Positions 34,622 through 44,456 of a stretch of 64,000 bases of DNA are shown here, piece by piece. The notes beneath the pieces are model-generated. The model worked only from the letters and a program-made list of their open reading frames with translations, had not been told where the DNA came from and ran no database searches. Made by a program: the position numbers and the translations under genes. The stretch is from Chloroflexota bacterium (lineage in GTDB: Bacteria > Chloroflexota > Dehalococcoidia > Lucifugimonadales > JADFKI01): the NCBI GenBank assembly GCA_009840355.1, contig VXNZ01000019.1:101-64100 (forward strand). The letters are read 5' to 3'. Each line of letters starts with the position of its first letter. Positions within the stretch are counted from its first letter, which is position 1.

Positions 34622-35086
34622 ATGGCAAAGCCAAAGCAGCTAGGACACTTGGTGCTGCGTGTGCGCGACCTAGAGGCATCCGAGCAGTGGTACTCGGAGG
34701 TACTAGGCTTGCACACGACGAACAAGCGCCCCGGCAGCATGATATTTATGAGCGCGAAGGAAGGCTCGTCGCACGAACTCGCGCTGGTGAGCGTGGGGCC
34801 GGATGCGCCCGGACCGGAAGAGTCGCGCGTTGGCTTATACCACTTCGCGTGGGAAATGGAGTCGCTCGAAGACCTGCAGGAACTCTACGCCCACATGAAG
34901 GCGAAGGACGTGAATATCGGCGGCATCGGCGACCACGGAATCTCGCTCGGCGTTTATCTCTTCGACCCGGACGGCAACGAGATTGAGGTCTATTACGAGA
35001 TGTCCGAAGAGCACTGGCCCGAAGACAGCGACCTATTCTCCGGCGAGTTCCCCGGCAAGCTCGAACCCGAAGAAGTCGCGATCTAG
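34622..35086 (+). CDS. VOC family protein (glyoxalase/extradiol dioxygenase fold)
   Basis: LGHLVLRVRDLEASEQWYSEVLGL and HFAWEM...YLFDPDGNEIEV. Confidence 0.8.
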   Translation: MAKPKQLGHLVLRVRDLEASEQWYSEVLGLHTTNKRPGSMIFMSAKEGSSHELALVSVGPDAPGPEESRVGLYHFAWEMESLEDLQELYAHMKAKDVNIGGIGDHGISLGVYLFDPDGNEIEVYYEMSEEHWPEDSDLFSGEFPGKLEPEEVAI

Positions 35087-35190
35087 CGGCGGTTATCGCC
35101 TAAGCCCGGCTGTCATAGTGGGCTTATAGTTGGCTTGTATAGCGATCTGCGGTGTGCGGTTAGTCTCGAATGGCCGCCCGCCGCAGCCAG

Positions 35191-35218
35191 CCTTCCTTGC
35201 ATTCGGGGAAGGTTTTTT
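35191..35218 (+). terminator. hairpin plus T-run downstream of the VOC gene
   Basis: CCTTCC ttgcattcgg GGAAGG followed by TTTTTT. Shares the core of the dispersed intergenic motif described in the findings. Confidence 0.5.
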
Positions 35219-35250
35219 CATTGCCATGTATCCGCGTAGGCTAATGATTG

Positions 35251-36279
35251 TTACTCGACGCGGAAGTGGTCCCAGCCGCCCGAATGCACTTGCATCGGCT
35301 GCCCGTTGTCGTCGAGCACCATTATCCCCTGCCCTCTTTCCACGACTTCGCCGATAACCGTTAGCGGCGTGTCCATCGATTGTAAGGCATCCCGCATCAC
35401 ATCGGCTGGTGCGGCTACCAGCAGTTCGTAATCTTCCCCGCCGCCGAGCGCGAGATCTAGCCAACTTGCGGGAAAAGTAGATATTAGGCGTTCGTCGGCA
35501 GGGATGCGCGATGCGTGGACTTGCGCGCCAACACCACTTGCACGGCAAAGCTTGCCCAGGTCGTCGACGAGACCGTCGCTAATATCCATCGCACAGCGAA
35601 CGCCAAGCCCTGTGAGCGCAATACTCTCGGCAACTCGCGGCATTGGCCGATTGTGTGCCGCCGTCAAATAAGCGTAGGTTGCGAGACCTGCCGGGTCCGC
35701 GCCTTCCGTAAGCAGTTTGAGACCGGCTGCGGACGCGCCAAGCATGCCGGTTACCGCAATATGGTCGCCGGGCTTGGCATTATCTCGCAGCAGCAGTTCT
35801 TTTGCATCGCCGGACTGCGAGACGCCTTCAAGCGCGACTGATATGAAGAACGCCGGAGACTTAACAATGTCGCCGCCAACTACGGCACCGCCGCATATCG
35901 CGGTCAAATCCATCATGCCGCGATACATCTCAAGCAAGCCACCGACTGGAATATCGCCGCGCAGCCCCAGCGTTATTGTGGCGCAGGACGGAACGCAGCC
36001 CATCGCCGCGATGTCGCTGATGTTGGTTGCAAGGCACTTCCAACCGAGATCGCGCCACCCGGTATAGCGCAGGTCAAAATGCACGCCTTCGACCATCGTG
36101 TCTGTGGTGAAGACGGTTACGCCCGCAGGGTGACGCCAAGCCGCCGCGTCATCGCCGATGGAACGCAGTGCCTCGAATCCCGTTGCGCCAAGTTCGCGTA
36201 TGCGATGTTCGTTGTCTTCGGCAATCGCCGCCGCGAGCCTGTCAATGAGATCGAACTCGCCTAAATCTCTTACAAGCAT
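35251..36279 (-). CDS. thiL: thiamine-monophosphate kinase
   Basis: LGEFDLIDRL, IGDDAAAW, and the AIR-synthase-like PurM fold motifs GGDIV and DISDGL. Confidence 0.9.
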   Translation of the reverse strand: MLVRDLGEFDLIDRLAAAIAEDNEHRIRELGATGFEALRSIGDDAAAWRHPAGVTVFTTDTMVEGVHFDLRYTGWRDLGWKCLATNISDIAAMGCVPSCATITLGLRGDIPVGGLLEMYRGMMDLTAICGGAVVGGDIVKSPAFFISVALEGVSQSGDAKELLLRDNAKPGDHIAVTGMLGASAAGLKLLTEGADPAGLATYAYLTAAHNRPMPRVAESIALTGLGVRCAMDISDGLVDDLGKLCRASGVGAQVHASRIPADERLISTFPASWLDLALGGGEDYELLVAAPADVMRDALQSMDTPLTVIGEVVERGQGIMVLDDNGQPMQVHSGGWDHFRVE

Positions 36280-36378
36280 AGGCGAAACTCAAAGCTCCCT
36301 CCCCCGTCAAGAGGGATTGTTAGGACGGAAGTACGCTCGGATAGGGCAAGCAAAGTGATTGCTTGCCTTGCCATCGGA

Positions 36379-37305
36379 CTATGCATCGTCCTTGACCCAA
36401 GGCATGCGGAATCCGCCCATCAGCGTCTCAATTTCCTGCAAGTCCGCGGGCGTCAAGTGCCAGTCTGCCGCCTTCGCGTTGTGATGGACCTGCTCCGGCG
36501 ATTTTGCGCCCACGAGCGCGGACGACACTGCCGGATTCGCGAGTACCCACGCGATTGCAAGCTGCACGATGTCCCTGCCGTTGTCGCGCGCCCATTCGTC
36601 TAGGCGCTGTGCCACCGCATACGCTTGCTCAAACGCATCGCCGCGGAAGAAATTGAACAGCCGGCGCTCGTCGTCTTGCGCGAACCGATGGCCCGGCTTG
36701 TGCTTGCCGCCAAGCACACCCTTGGACAGCACCGAGTGCGGTATTACGCCGATTCCGTTTTGCAGACAATATGGCAGCACATCGTCTTCGAGATTGCGCC
36801 ACATCAGGTTGTAGCGTGGCTGCGAGCTGTGGATTGTGCCGGACTGCATCGCCTCCGCCGTCTGCTCCGGCGAAAAGTTCGACACGCCGATATAGCGAAC
36901 CTTGCCGGTCACTTGCAACGCGAGCATGTTCTCCATTGTCTCGACGATGGGCCAGGCGGGCGACGGACTGTGTATCTGATACAGATCGATGTAATCTGTG
37001 CCGAGCGCGCGCAGACTATTCTCAAACGCCCTTGCCATGTGCGCGGCGGAGTGGTCGCTGCCGGACAGCTTCGTCGCAAGAAACACTTCGTCTCGTCTGC
37101 CCGCAATCGCCTTGCCCACGACGGTCTCGCTGCTTTGGTATCCTTCCGCCGTGTCGATGAATGTCATGCCGACTTCGATCGCCGCTTCCACGGCGGCAAT
37201 GCCCTGCTGCTCCGGTACATTGCCAAGTCCGCCGCCGATAGGCCACGCGCCAAAGGCTATCGCAGAAACTTCGGGACCGCCTTTGCCGAGTTGTCGCTTA
37301 TCCAA
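36379..37305 (-). CDS. aldo/keto reductase
   Basis: RQLGKGGPEVSAIAFGAW, FIDTAEGY, DLYQIHSP and IGVSNFS motifs. Confidence 0.9.
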   Translation of the reverse strand: MDKRQLGKGGPEVSAIAFGAWPIGGGLGNVPEQQGIAAVEAAIEVGMTFIDTAEGYQSSETVVGKAIAGRRDEVFLATKLSGSDHSAAHMARAFENSLRALGTDYIDLYQIHSPSPAWPIVETMENMLALQVTGKVRYIGVSNFSPEQTAEAMQSGTIHSSQPRYNLMWRNLEDDVLPYCLQNGIGVIPHSVLSKGVLGGKHKPGHRFAQDDERRLFNFFRGDAFEQAYAVAQRLDEWARDNGRDIVQLAIAWVLANPAVSSALVGAKSPEQVHHNAKAADWHLTPADLQEIETLMGGFRMPWVKDDA

Positions 37306-37312
37306 TTGCCAC

Positions 37313-38659
37313 TTACTCCAATCGACTCTCTATTTGCCGCGTGAACCGCAGGAAGACATATCCCAGGATTCCCGTCATTATTGACGCGACGAATATCGCC
37401 AACTTCGATTGCGTAACCAACCCTGCATCGCTGAACGCCAGACTGCTGATGAAAATCGCCATCGTGAATCCGATGCCGCCTAGCAGACCTACACCCGTAA
37501 TCTGCACCCAGCTAACGTAATGTGGCAGCGCAGCTAACCCAGCCTTGACGGCAATCCACGCGAACAAGACGATGCCCAGCGGCTTACCAATCAGCAGCCC
37601 CAGAATTATGCCGATGGTTAGCGGCGATGAGAATGCCATGCCGATGTCCCCGTCGAGCGTCACGCCTGCGTTCGCGAACGCGAAGACGGGCATGATGACG
37701 AACGCCACCCATGGATGGAGCAGGTGCTCGAGGCGCTGCAGTGGCGATTCAACTTCTTTCGATGCCTCTTCAAGTTCTTGGAGCGCTCCGCGTTGCTGCA
37801 CCGTGGTCAGCGCGAAGTCGCCTCGTCTCAAGGCTTCAGGCGCATCCCTCTCGAATATGACCAGCAGCCGTCTGCCACGCGCCACGAAATCCGCCGAATT
37901 CATGCGCACAGTCATCGGTATCGTCATGGCTATCAGCACGCCGGACACTGTCGCGTGAATTCCGGACTCAAAGAACGACACCCATATCACCACACTCAGC
38001 AGCGCGTACACCAGCGTATTGCGCACGCCGATAGAGTTCAGCGCGACAATGAACAGCAGCATCCCGACGCCAACGGCAAGGCTCATCCAGTTTATCGTAT
38101 CAGTGAAGAATATGGCGATGACCATTATGGCGCCAATGTCGTCGACGACTGCGAACGCCGTCAGGAATACCTTCAACGAAAGTGGAGCGCGAGATCCGAG
38201 CAACGCCAATACGCCAAGCGAGAACGCGATGTCGGTCGCCATCGGCACACCCCAACCTCGTGCGGCTTCTCCACTTGGGTTGAGGATCAGGTATATCGTG
38301 GCGGGAACAATCATGCCGCCGAGTGCCGCTGCGATTGGTAGAGCGGCGCGGCGCACCGACGCGAGTTCGCCGAGCACTAATGCCCGCTTGATTTCCAACC
38401 CGATAACGAAGAAGAACACCGCCATCAGGCCATCGTTTATCCAGTGATGGATCGACATGTCGTAATGGAAGTCAGACAGACCGATGATTAAGTGCGTTTC
38501 CCACATCCGTGCGAACGCGTCCTTTAGCGGCGAATTTGCGAGCGCAAGCGCGGCGATGGCGGCAATCAGCAGCATCATGCCGGCGGACACTTCATTATGC
38601 ATGAAGCGCTGTACGGGGATTGTCAGTCTCTCAATTGGTGGGGCTGTGCGGAGATTCAT
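37313..38659 (-). CDS. nhaA: Na+/H+ antiporter NhaA
   Basis: WINDGLMAVFFFVIGLEIKR and AVVDDIGAI (the paired Asp motif); about 12 TM segments. Confidence 0.9.
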   Translation of the reverse strand: MNLRTAPPIERLTIPVQRFMHNEVSAGMMLLIAAIAALALANSPLKDAFARMWETHLIIGLSDFHYDMSIHHWINDGLMAVFFFVIGLEIKRALVLGELASVRRAALPIAAALGGMIVPATIYLILNPSGEAARGWGVPMATDIAFSLGVLALLGSRAPLSLKVFLTAFAVVDDIGAIMVIAIFFTDTINWMSLAVGVGMLLFIVALNSIGVRNTLVYALLSVVIWVSFFESGIHATVSGVLIAMTIPMTVRMNSADFVARGRRLLVIFERDAPEALRRGDFALTTVQQRGALQELEEASKEVESPLQRLEHLLHPWVAFVIMPVFAFANAGVTLDGDIGMAFSSPLTIGIILGLLIGKPLGIVLFAWIAVKAGLAALPHYVSWVQITGVGLLGGIGFTMAIFISSLAFSDAGLVTQSKLAIFVASIMTGILGYVFLRFTRQIESRLE

Positions 38660-38713
38660 TCTGGAAGTGATTCGCTCCGTTGTGGTTCACTGGCTATGCA
38701 CATCGATTATCGG

Positions 38714-40795
38714 CTAGTTGTTCGCGGCGATTCTGACCATCGGCAAGGTATCGCTCGCGCTATCGATGTTCAGCGCAGATCCACTTCCGGTGATAACCGC
38801 CGATGCGGCGCTAAGCGAGACCGGCACGGTAACGCCTGCCGGCACATCAACGCGGATGCGCACGGCATACGACACCACGCCACGTTCGGTTCGCGCCTCG
38901 CTGCCAATGTGGCTGACACTGCCGCCGAGCGCCGTGTCTCCTATGCTGTCAATGTTCACGACAGCGCTCGCGCCTTCGCTGACATACGGTCTTCCAGCAG
39001 CGTCAATGACACCTTGAACCTCGACCACATCATTTGCGACGACCGTTATCGCGGGCAAATCTTCGCCAACTACTTCGTCAGGCTTGACATTGATGACGGT
39101 TATCACACCATCCAGCGGCGAGGTTATGATCGCGCCAGCAAGCGATTCCTGCGCGTCGTCGAAGTTCGCCTGCGCTACCGAGAGTTCGGCTTCCGCAATC
39201 GCAATTTGCCTATCCACAAGGTCTCGCACGGTGTCGAGGTTAGACTCCGCGTCCGAGAGCGCTGCCTCTGCCAGATTGACTCGCCGTTCAGCCGCAGCAA
39301 TCACCAGGCCGTCGTCTGAAGCACGCTCTATGGCATCCTCGGCCTCTTCCAATCCGACTTCTGCTTGATTCACCGCCGCGCGCGCCAATTGGATGTTGAG
39401 CGGGTCGATGTCCACAGTCAGCTCGGCGAGGTCGTCTTCCGCTTCTCGCAGCGAAACTTCCGCAAGCCGTAATCGCTTCTCCGCGTTCTCGACGATGCTC
39501 GCATCAGGACCGCCTTCCACGTCGTCCAAGGCGTCCTGTGCGTCCGTTAAAGCGGCTTGTGCGGCTGCCACCGCGTCTTCCGTCTGCTCATCAATGGTCG
39601 CGGCGTTGTTGCGCGCCGCTTCAAGCGCGTCCACGACCTGATCGTAGCCGTCGTAAGCGGTCTGTAGATCGCGCGTGATGCAGACTTGCCTGCCGCCAAG
39701 CACATCGTCGTCCGAACAAGTCGGCACGATTGTCGAAAAGTCCAGGCTCAGGTTTATCCACGCCCAAACGGTAAGTTCGTTCCACCGCGTGGCAGGGTTG
39801 TCCGGTGTGGGTTCTAGCGTGCCATATTCGGGGTTGAAGCGCTTGAAAGTCTCGTCAAGGTCAATACCCCATGATTCAATCACTTCGTCGGCAGTCATTT
39901 TCAGTTCATCGTCGGTCAGCTCGCTGCCGAACCAGTATCTGAACGCCGCGCGATACCGCTCTCGCACCTGAAACTCTGCGTCCTCTGCCTGCGTCAGTGA
40001 GTTCTGTGCCGCCGCCAATGCATCTGACCTGTTCCTATTTGCCGCTTCCAAAGCGGTCATGGCGAAGTTCATCCGGTTGCGCGCGTCTCGTACCACATCG
40101 TCGGGGAAGACGCCATCTTCAATATCGTCGTAAGCTTCCTGTGCTGCGTCTAGTTCGACACGCGCGGCGGCGACTCTGGACTCTGCGCTGCTAACAGCTA
40201 GATCTTCCGGCTCAAGCAGGTCTTCAAGACGCTCTTCTGCGTTGTCGAGCGCAACTTGCGCCTGCGCGACTGCGAGTTCCGCGCCCGCCATATTGACGCC
40301 CGGCCGCTGCGTTAGGTTTTCCAGTGCATCCCGCGCTTCATCCAGCGCAACCTCAGCGCTAGCCACTTCAAGTTCGGCATTCGCCATTTGGATGTTCGGT
40401 TCAAGTTGCAAGGCGGCGAGATTGTTGTCCGCGGATGTTACCGCCAACTGTGCGCCCGCAACTGCCGCACTAAGCTGCGAGACAGTCTGCGTGTCTAGTG
40501 AAGCCAATTCTTGCCCTGCTTGCACTCTATCGCCTTCGTTCACCATAATGTCGCCTACGACACCGGGCGATTCAAATGACAGTAATTCGGTATTAGGGAA
40601 TGCGAGATTGCCAGAGACTGTAATTTCCCGTGGACCTGCCTGCGACGGCGGTTCCGGCATTGCGGCAGGCTCTTCGTCAGGCTGACCGGGACGTCCGCAC
40701 GCCGCTAGAACGGCAATGGCAATAAGTGCAATAGATAGGAAGGAAAAACGGAGGAGAACGCTGCGAGTGCCAGACGGTGGAACTAGAAGTTTCAT
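38714..40795 (-). CDS. HlyD/membrane-fusion-protein-like lipoprotein with greatly extended coiled coil
   Basis: Lipobox VLAAC after MKLLVPP.... Lipoyl-like half GDRVQAGQELASLD near the N-terminus and SPLDGVITVINVKPDEVV near the C-terminus. About 450 aa of Ala/Glu/Leu heptad-like sequence between them. Start trimmed to the ATG at 40795. Confidence 0.6.
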   Translation of the reverse strand: MKLLVPPSGTRSVLLRFSFLSIALIAIAVLAACGRPGQPDEEPAAMPEPPSQAGPREITVSGNLAFPNTELLSFESPGVVGDIMVNEGDRVQAGQELASLDTQTVSQLSAAVAGAQLAVTSADNNLAALQLEPNIQMANAELEVASAEVALDEARDALENLTQRPGVNMAGAELAVAQAQVALDNAEERLEDLLEPEDLAVSSAESRVAAARVELDAAQEAYDDIEDGVFPDDVVRDARNRMNFAMTALEAANRNRSDALAAAQNSLTQAEDAEFQVRERYRAAFRYWFGSELTDDELKMTADEVIESWGIDLDETFKRFNPEYGTLEPTPDNPATRWNELTVWAWINLSLDFSTIVPTCSDDDVLGGRQVCITRDLQTAYDGYDQVVDALEAARNNAATIDEQTEDAVAAAQAALTDAQDALDDVEGGPDASIVENAEKRLRLAEVSLREAEDDLAELTVDIDPLNIQLARAAVNQAEVGLEEAEDAIERASDDGLVIAAAERRVNLAEAALSDAESNLDTVRDLVDRQIAIAEAELSVAQANFDDAQESLAGAIITSPLDGVITVINVKPDEVVGEDLPAITVVANDVVEVQGVIDAAGRPYVSEGASAVVNIDSIGDTALGGSVSHIGSEARTERGVVSYAVRIRVDVPAGVTVPVSLSAASAVITGSGSALNIDSASDTLPMVRIAANN

Positions 40796-41395
40796 TAAGG
40801 ATTGACCTCTGCGTTGGAGCGAACTTCGCGCGCGGCGAACTGTTGTGGCGTCCAAGAATTGACACCACCCACATGATAGCACAGCGCCGCGTGAAGTGGC
40901 ATTCAACCCCGTGCCTGATGTGCGTTTAGAGCCATTACTGCAGATTGACATGCTCTATTATTCTATGCGCGGAATCTGAATCCAGCAATCAGGATTGGGT
41001 ATATTTTCGTTACCATTCTCTCTTTATGTCGAAGAGATGCTAGTATGAGCTACGATCTGAAATGCATCACATTCAGGCGGAAACGACATCGGCATTTGCC
41101 ATTTGGCAGGAAGGATTTTGTAGGAAGGGAAGTGTGGTGATTCCGCCGCGCGTGGATACGAGTTCATTTCGACCTTACCGGCCGCGTCCAGGACAGCAAT
41201 CGCTTGGGCAGTGGTGGAAAACAGAGGAAGTTGGGGGGAAGAAGAATGGTGGGCCAATGCGTACCGATTTTCGAACCTTTCGCTAGGAGGTTTGGATTTG
41301 AGTTGGGTCTAGTTGACTGATGGAATACACCATCACCTACATCACCGAGGAGGCGGCATGTTGCCGGAAGTCAACGGGCACTGTTCTGTCCATCG

Positions 41396-42175
41396 CTAGC
41401 CACTCACCTCAATGTCTATGCCCACCGGGCAGTGGTCGCTCCCCATGACCTCCGGCAGGATGAAGGCGCCCGTCACCTTATCCGCCAGCGCGCTGCTCAC
41501 ATAGAAGTAGTCGATGCGCCAACCCACGTTGCGGTCCCGGGCGCGGGTGATCATGTCCCAGTATGTGTAGTTGCCCGGCTCATTGTTGAACATGCGGAAG
41601 GTGTCCATGTGCCCGTGGTCCAGCAGCTTGTCGATCCACTCCCGCTCGATCTCCAGGAACCCGGACTTCTTCTCATTCTGCTTGGGCCGCGCCAAGTCGA
41701 TGGCCCTGTGCGCCGTGTTCACGTCGCCGCAGATGACCACGTTGCGCCCCGATGCAGTCTGCCCATCGATGTGCTCCAGGAAAGCGTCGTAGAAGCGCAT
41801 CTTGTAGTCCAGCCGATCCTTAGATCTCTTGCCGTTCGGGAAATACACCGAGTATAGCAGGAAGTCCCCGTAGTCGGCGACGAGAGTCCGCCCCTCGCTG
41901 TCGAATTCGTCGACGCCGAATCCCACCTTCACCGACGTCGGCTCCCGCTTTGTGTAGATGGCCACGCCGCTGTAGCCCTTGCGCTCCGCCGAGGCGAAGT
42001 ATGCCCGATACCCCTCAACCTCCTTCAGCGAGGCCGGTAGCTGGTCCGGGTGGGCCTTGGTCTCCTGGATGCATAGCACTTCCGGTTCCACCTCTGCCAT
42101 CCACTCCAGAAAGCCCTTTTTGAGGGCGGCGCGAATGCCGTTCACGTTCCATGAGAGCATTCTAACGGTCGCCAT
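41396..42175 (-). CDS. xth: exodeoxyribonuclease III
   Basis: [24 protein letters not shown] and SDHCPV motifs. ATG at 42175 preceded by GAGGGAGGAATA. Confidence 0.92.
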   Translation of the reverse strand: MATVRMLSWNVNGIRAALKKGFLEWMAEVEPEVLCIQETKAHPDQLPASLKEVEGYRAYFASAERKGYSGVAIYTKREPTSVKVGFGVDEFDSEGRTLVADYGDFLLYSVYFPNGKRSKDRLDYKMRFYDAFLEHIDGQTASGRNVVICGDVNTAHRAIDLARPKQNEKKSGFLEIEREWIDKLLDHGHMDTFRMFNNEPGNYTYWDMITRARDRNVGWRIDYFYVSSALADKVTGAFILPEVMGSDHCPVGIDIEVSG

Positions 42176-42441
42176 TATTCCTCCCTCTGCAGCCAGCGGG
42201 CCACGTCCTTGGCGAAGTAGGTGATGAGGATGTCTGCGCATCCGCTCCAGTTGGAAAGACGGTCAGTGGGTCAATTACATTCTAAGCAGTGCATAAGACC
42301 TCTGCTACCGACCCCAAGCCCGGTTCACGAAAGAACGCGTCTCTCACACGTTAGGACTCCTACTGAAGGGCGACCTACTGCTTGCTAGGGTCACAGTCCG
42401 CCTAGCCAAAGATCGAAGACGGTTCTGTCTACCGTCAAGTT

Positions 42442-42518
42442 TGGTGGGCCATCGTGGACTCGAACCACGGACCTCAGTCTTATCAGGACTGCGCTCTAAC
42501 CGGCTGAGCTAATGGCCC
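42442..42518 (-). tRNA. tRNA-Ile (anticodon GAU), CCA encoded
   Basis: Hand-folded cloverleaf: acceptor GGGCCAT/ATGGCCC, D arm GCTC-AGCCGGTTA-GAGC, anticodon arm CAGTC-CTGATAA-GACTG, T arm CGTGG-TTCGAGT-CCACG. Close to E. coli tRNA-Ile(GAU). Confidence 0.92.
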
Positions 42519-42546
42519 ACTGATGCTGTTGAATGGAATGGAATGG

Positions 42547-42963
42547 CTAATTGACTGGTTTGCCCGTCGCTGGGTCGAACTCAACAACAACTTCAACCGG
42601 TGCGTTGCGCGCTACAATCAGCTCCATTGTCTCGGACACGCTGTCGTTGACCGGCTGGTGCACCGAATCCGGCGGCACATATATGAAGTCGCCTTTTGCG
42701 ATGTCCAGCGTCGTCTCCAGATTCTTGCCCGTCAGGAAACGCCCATTTCCGCTAACGACATAGATCGCGGACTCGCAGTTCACATGGTAATGCGGACTAG
42801 AAGCGCACCCCGGCGGTATCGTCGCAATCGCAAGGTGAATGCCTTCAGTACCGGCGAGCGCTTTAGACACTCCCGCCAATCGAGTCATGCTGCCCGACGC
42901 CACCTCGACTTCAAGGCTGTCAGAATGAATGACTGTGCAAGTTGCTTCGAATTGTTTATCCAT
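42547..42963 (-). CDS. cupin domain protein
   Basis: 138 aa. PGCASSPHYHVNCESAIYVVSG...GDFIYVPPDSVHQPVN, the two-motif cupin signature. Confidence 0.75.
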   Translation of the reverse strand: MDKQFEATCTVIHSDSLEVEVASGSMTRLAGVSKALAGTEGIHLAIATIPPGCASSPHYHVNCESAIYVVSGNGRFLTGKNLETTLDIAKGDFIYVPPDSVHQPVNDSVSETMELIVARNAPVEVVVEFDPATGKPVN

Positions 42964-43319
42964 GATGCTGAATTATATCACTAGGCAACAGATTATGGAA
43001 TAGAAAGTTGCGGATTTCAGATTGCGAATGTCCCTTCCCTTATCGAGATCAAGGATCGGTAAATATCTACTAAACGCAATCGCACAGCTGGAATATATTC
43101 TCTTAGGAATCACATCGCAAAGTCCCCAAGCGGAGGTGAGTGATGGTTGAGGAACCGTTGAACGCCCGCAAAGAAGAGCTTTATAGAGAGGCCGGTGCCT
43201 TCCGTTTATAATTCCAATATCCAGTAGCGAGGATAGAAAAAAATCGAATGGCAGGCACTAACCCGAAACTAGGGTATGTTGACAATTGGTTCATGCTGAG
43301 AGCAGGTCAGTAGTTAACT

Positions 43320-44065
43320 AACTCCGGAACAACAGTCAAATATACTCGGCTATCTGAAATAAGCCGACCAACGTCTATGTCAAGTCTGAACAGGCGTGAA
43401 GTAGTCACATAGAAACGGTTCCATGAATGAACAGGTCAGGCGCTCCCCGAAGGATGCTTCCGACAGAATACGGCAAGTGGTACAGCGTGCACAGGCGCTT
43501 TGCCGGATGGAACGAGCAAGGAATATGAGAGAAGATGCACCTGCATTTCGATGTTGAGCCAGATATGGAATATCTGATTATACACAGCACCGCCAGTGCA
43601 CGCGCATCCATGTAAGGCGGGTGCACCGCATAAAGGGGGGATGGTCGCAGACTCTGGGAAGAAGTCAGGGGATTCAGCACGAAGGTACACGTGAGTGTTG
43701 ATGGCTTGAACAATCCGCTGAGATTCACGCTCACGGGAGGACACGCACACGACATCACCCAAGCCTACGGTCTGATAGACCGTATCAAGAGCAAGTATGT
43801 GATAAATGAGCGTGGATATGACTCACTGAAGTTTCTTGAACGAATCGTTTAGGTGGTCGCTACGCCTGTAATATACCGTCTCGCTCCAACAAGAAAGAGC
43901 TTCAGCCATACGATGATCATTTATACGACGAGCGCCACCCGATTGAGTGTTACATCAATAATATGAAGCGTTATCGCCATATCTTCAGACGGTTTGACGA
44001 GTTGGCGAAGACTACCTAGGATCCCCACACTTCGTCGGCACTCTTGTATGGCTGAAACGATATCT
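43320..44065 (+). mobile_element. decayed IS5-family (DDE_Tnp_1, IS427/IS1031-like) transposase pseudogene
   Basis: Reads APRRMLPTEYGKWYSVHRRFAGWNEQGI*, then ..EYLIIHSTASARASM*GG..*..RGFSTKVHVSVDGLNNPLRFTLTGGHAHDITQAYGLIDRI..., then YVINERGYDS, then (after a frameshift) PSRSNKKELQPYDDHLYDERHPIECYINNMKRYRHIFRRFDELAKT, then FVGTLVWLK. At least 4 in-frame stops and at least 2 frameshifts. Confidence 0.75.
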
Positions 44066-44089
44066 CAACACAACTCGATACGAGAGCTC

Positions 44090-44456
44090 CGTGCCCAAAG
44101 GAGTCTCCTGCCGTAGGACGTCCCGCGTTCCGTTGACCTTCGGATTGGAGTCTGTATATACTCCAAAGCATGGAATTCGTCACATGGAACCCTGCATTAT
44201 CCGTCCTGTTGAGCGATGTGATCCTCAGTGTGGTGGTCGGCGGCGCCATTGGACTAGCCCGATGGTTGTCCCGTCCGCAGGCAACGCGAGGTCATCCTTT
44301 CGGCACGCTACTACGTTGGATTGGTTTTTTGATCGGCTTCAGCGTGCTGAGAATGATCTTTGTCACCGTGATCTGGCAGTCTCTATAACGTGCTGCGTAG
44401 GCAATCGCAGCACATGCCCGAAGGTCATCGGTATAAGGCTTTCTAGCGCGACTCAT
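44090..44456 (-). pseudogene. possible IS630-family transposase N-terminal (HTH) remnant
   Basis: From the ATG at 44456: MSRARKPYTDDLRACAAIAY...QRSSVPKG*, which resembles the RPYSLDLRERV...GSVAPKPxGG opening of IS630 transposases. The next frame reads VTNSMLWSIYRLQS, resembling the second HTH. It is truncated where the IS5 scar begins. Confidence 0.3.

Noticed and set aside
36625-37384. Plus-strand ORFs (239 aa and 128-129 aa) opposite the aldo/keto reductase. Likewise 37715-38447 lies opposite nhaA, and 38597-40685 opposite the HlyD-like gene.
   Set aside because: They are antisense to strongly supported genes. The Ser/Ala/Arg-rich low-complexity translations mirror the coiled-coil codons.
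40796-41395. 600-nt gap between the HlyD-like gene and xth, with small ORFs (41024-41257, 41062-41286)
   Set aside because: I could recognise no motif, RNA structure or repeat. It is left unannotated rather than calling a gene.
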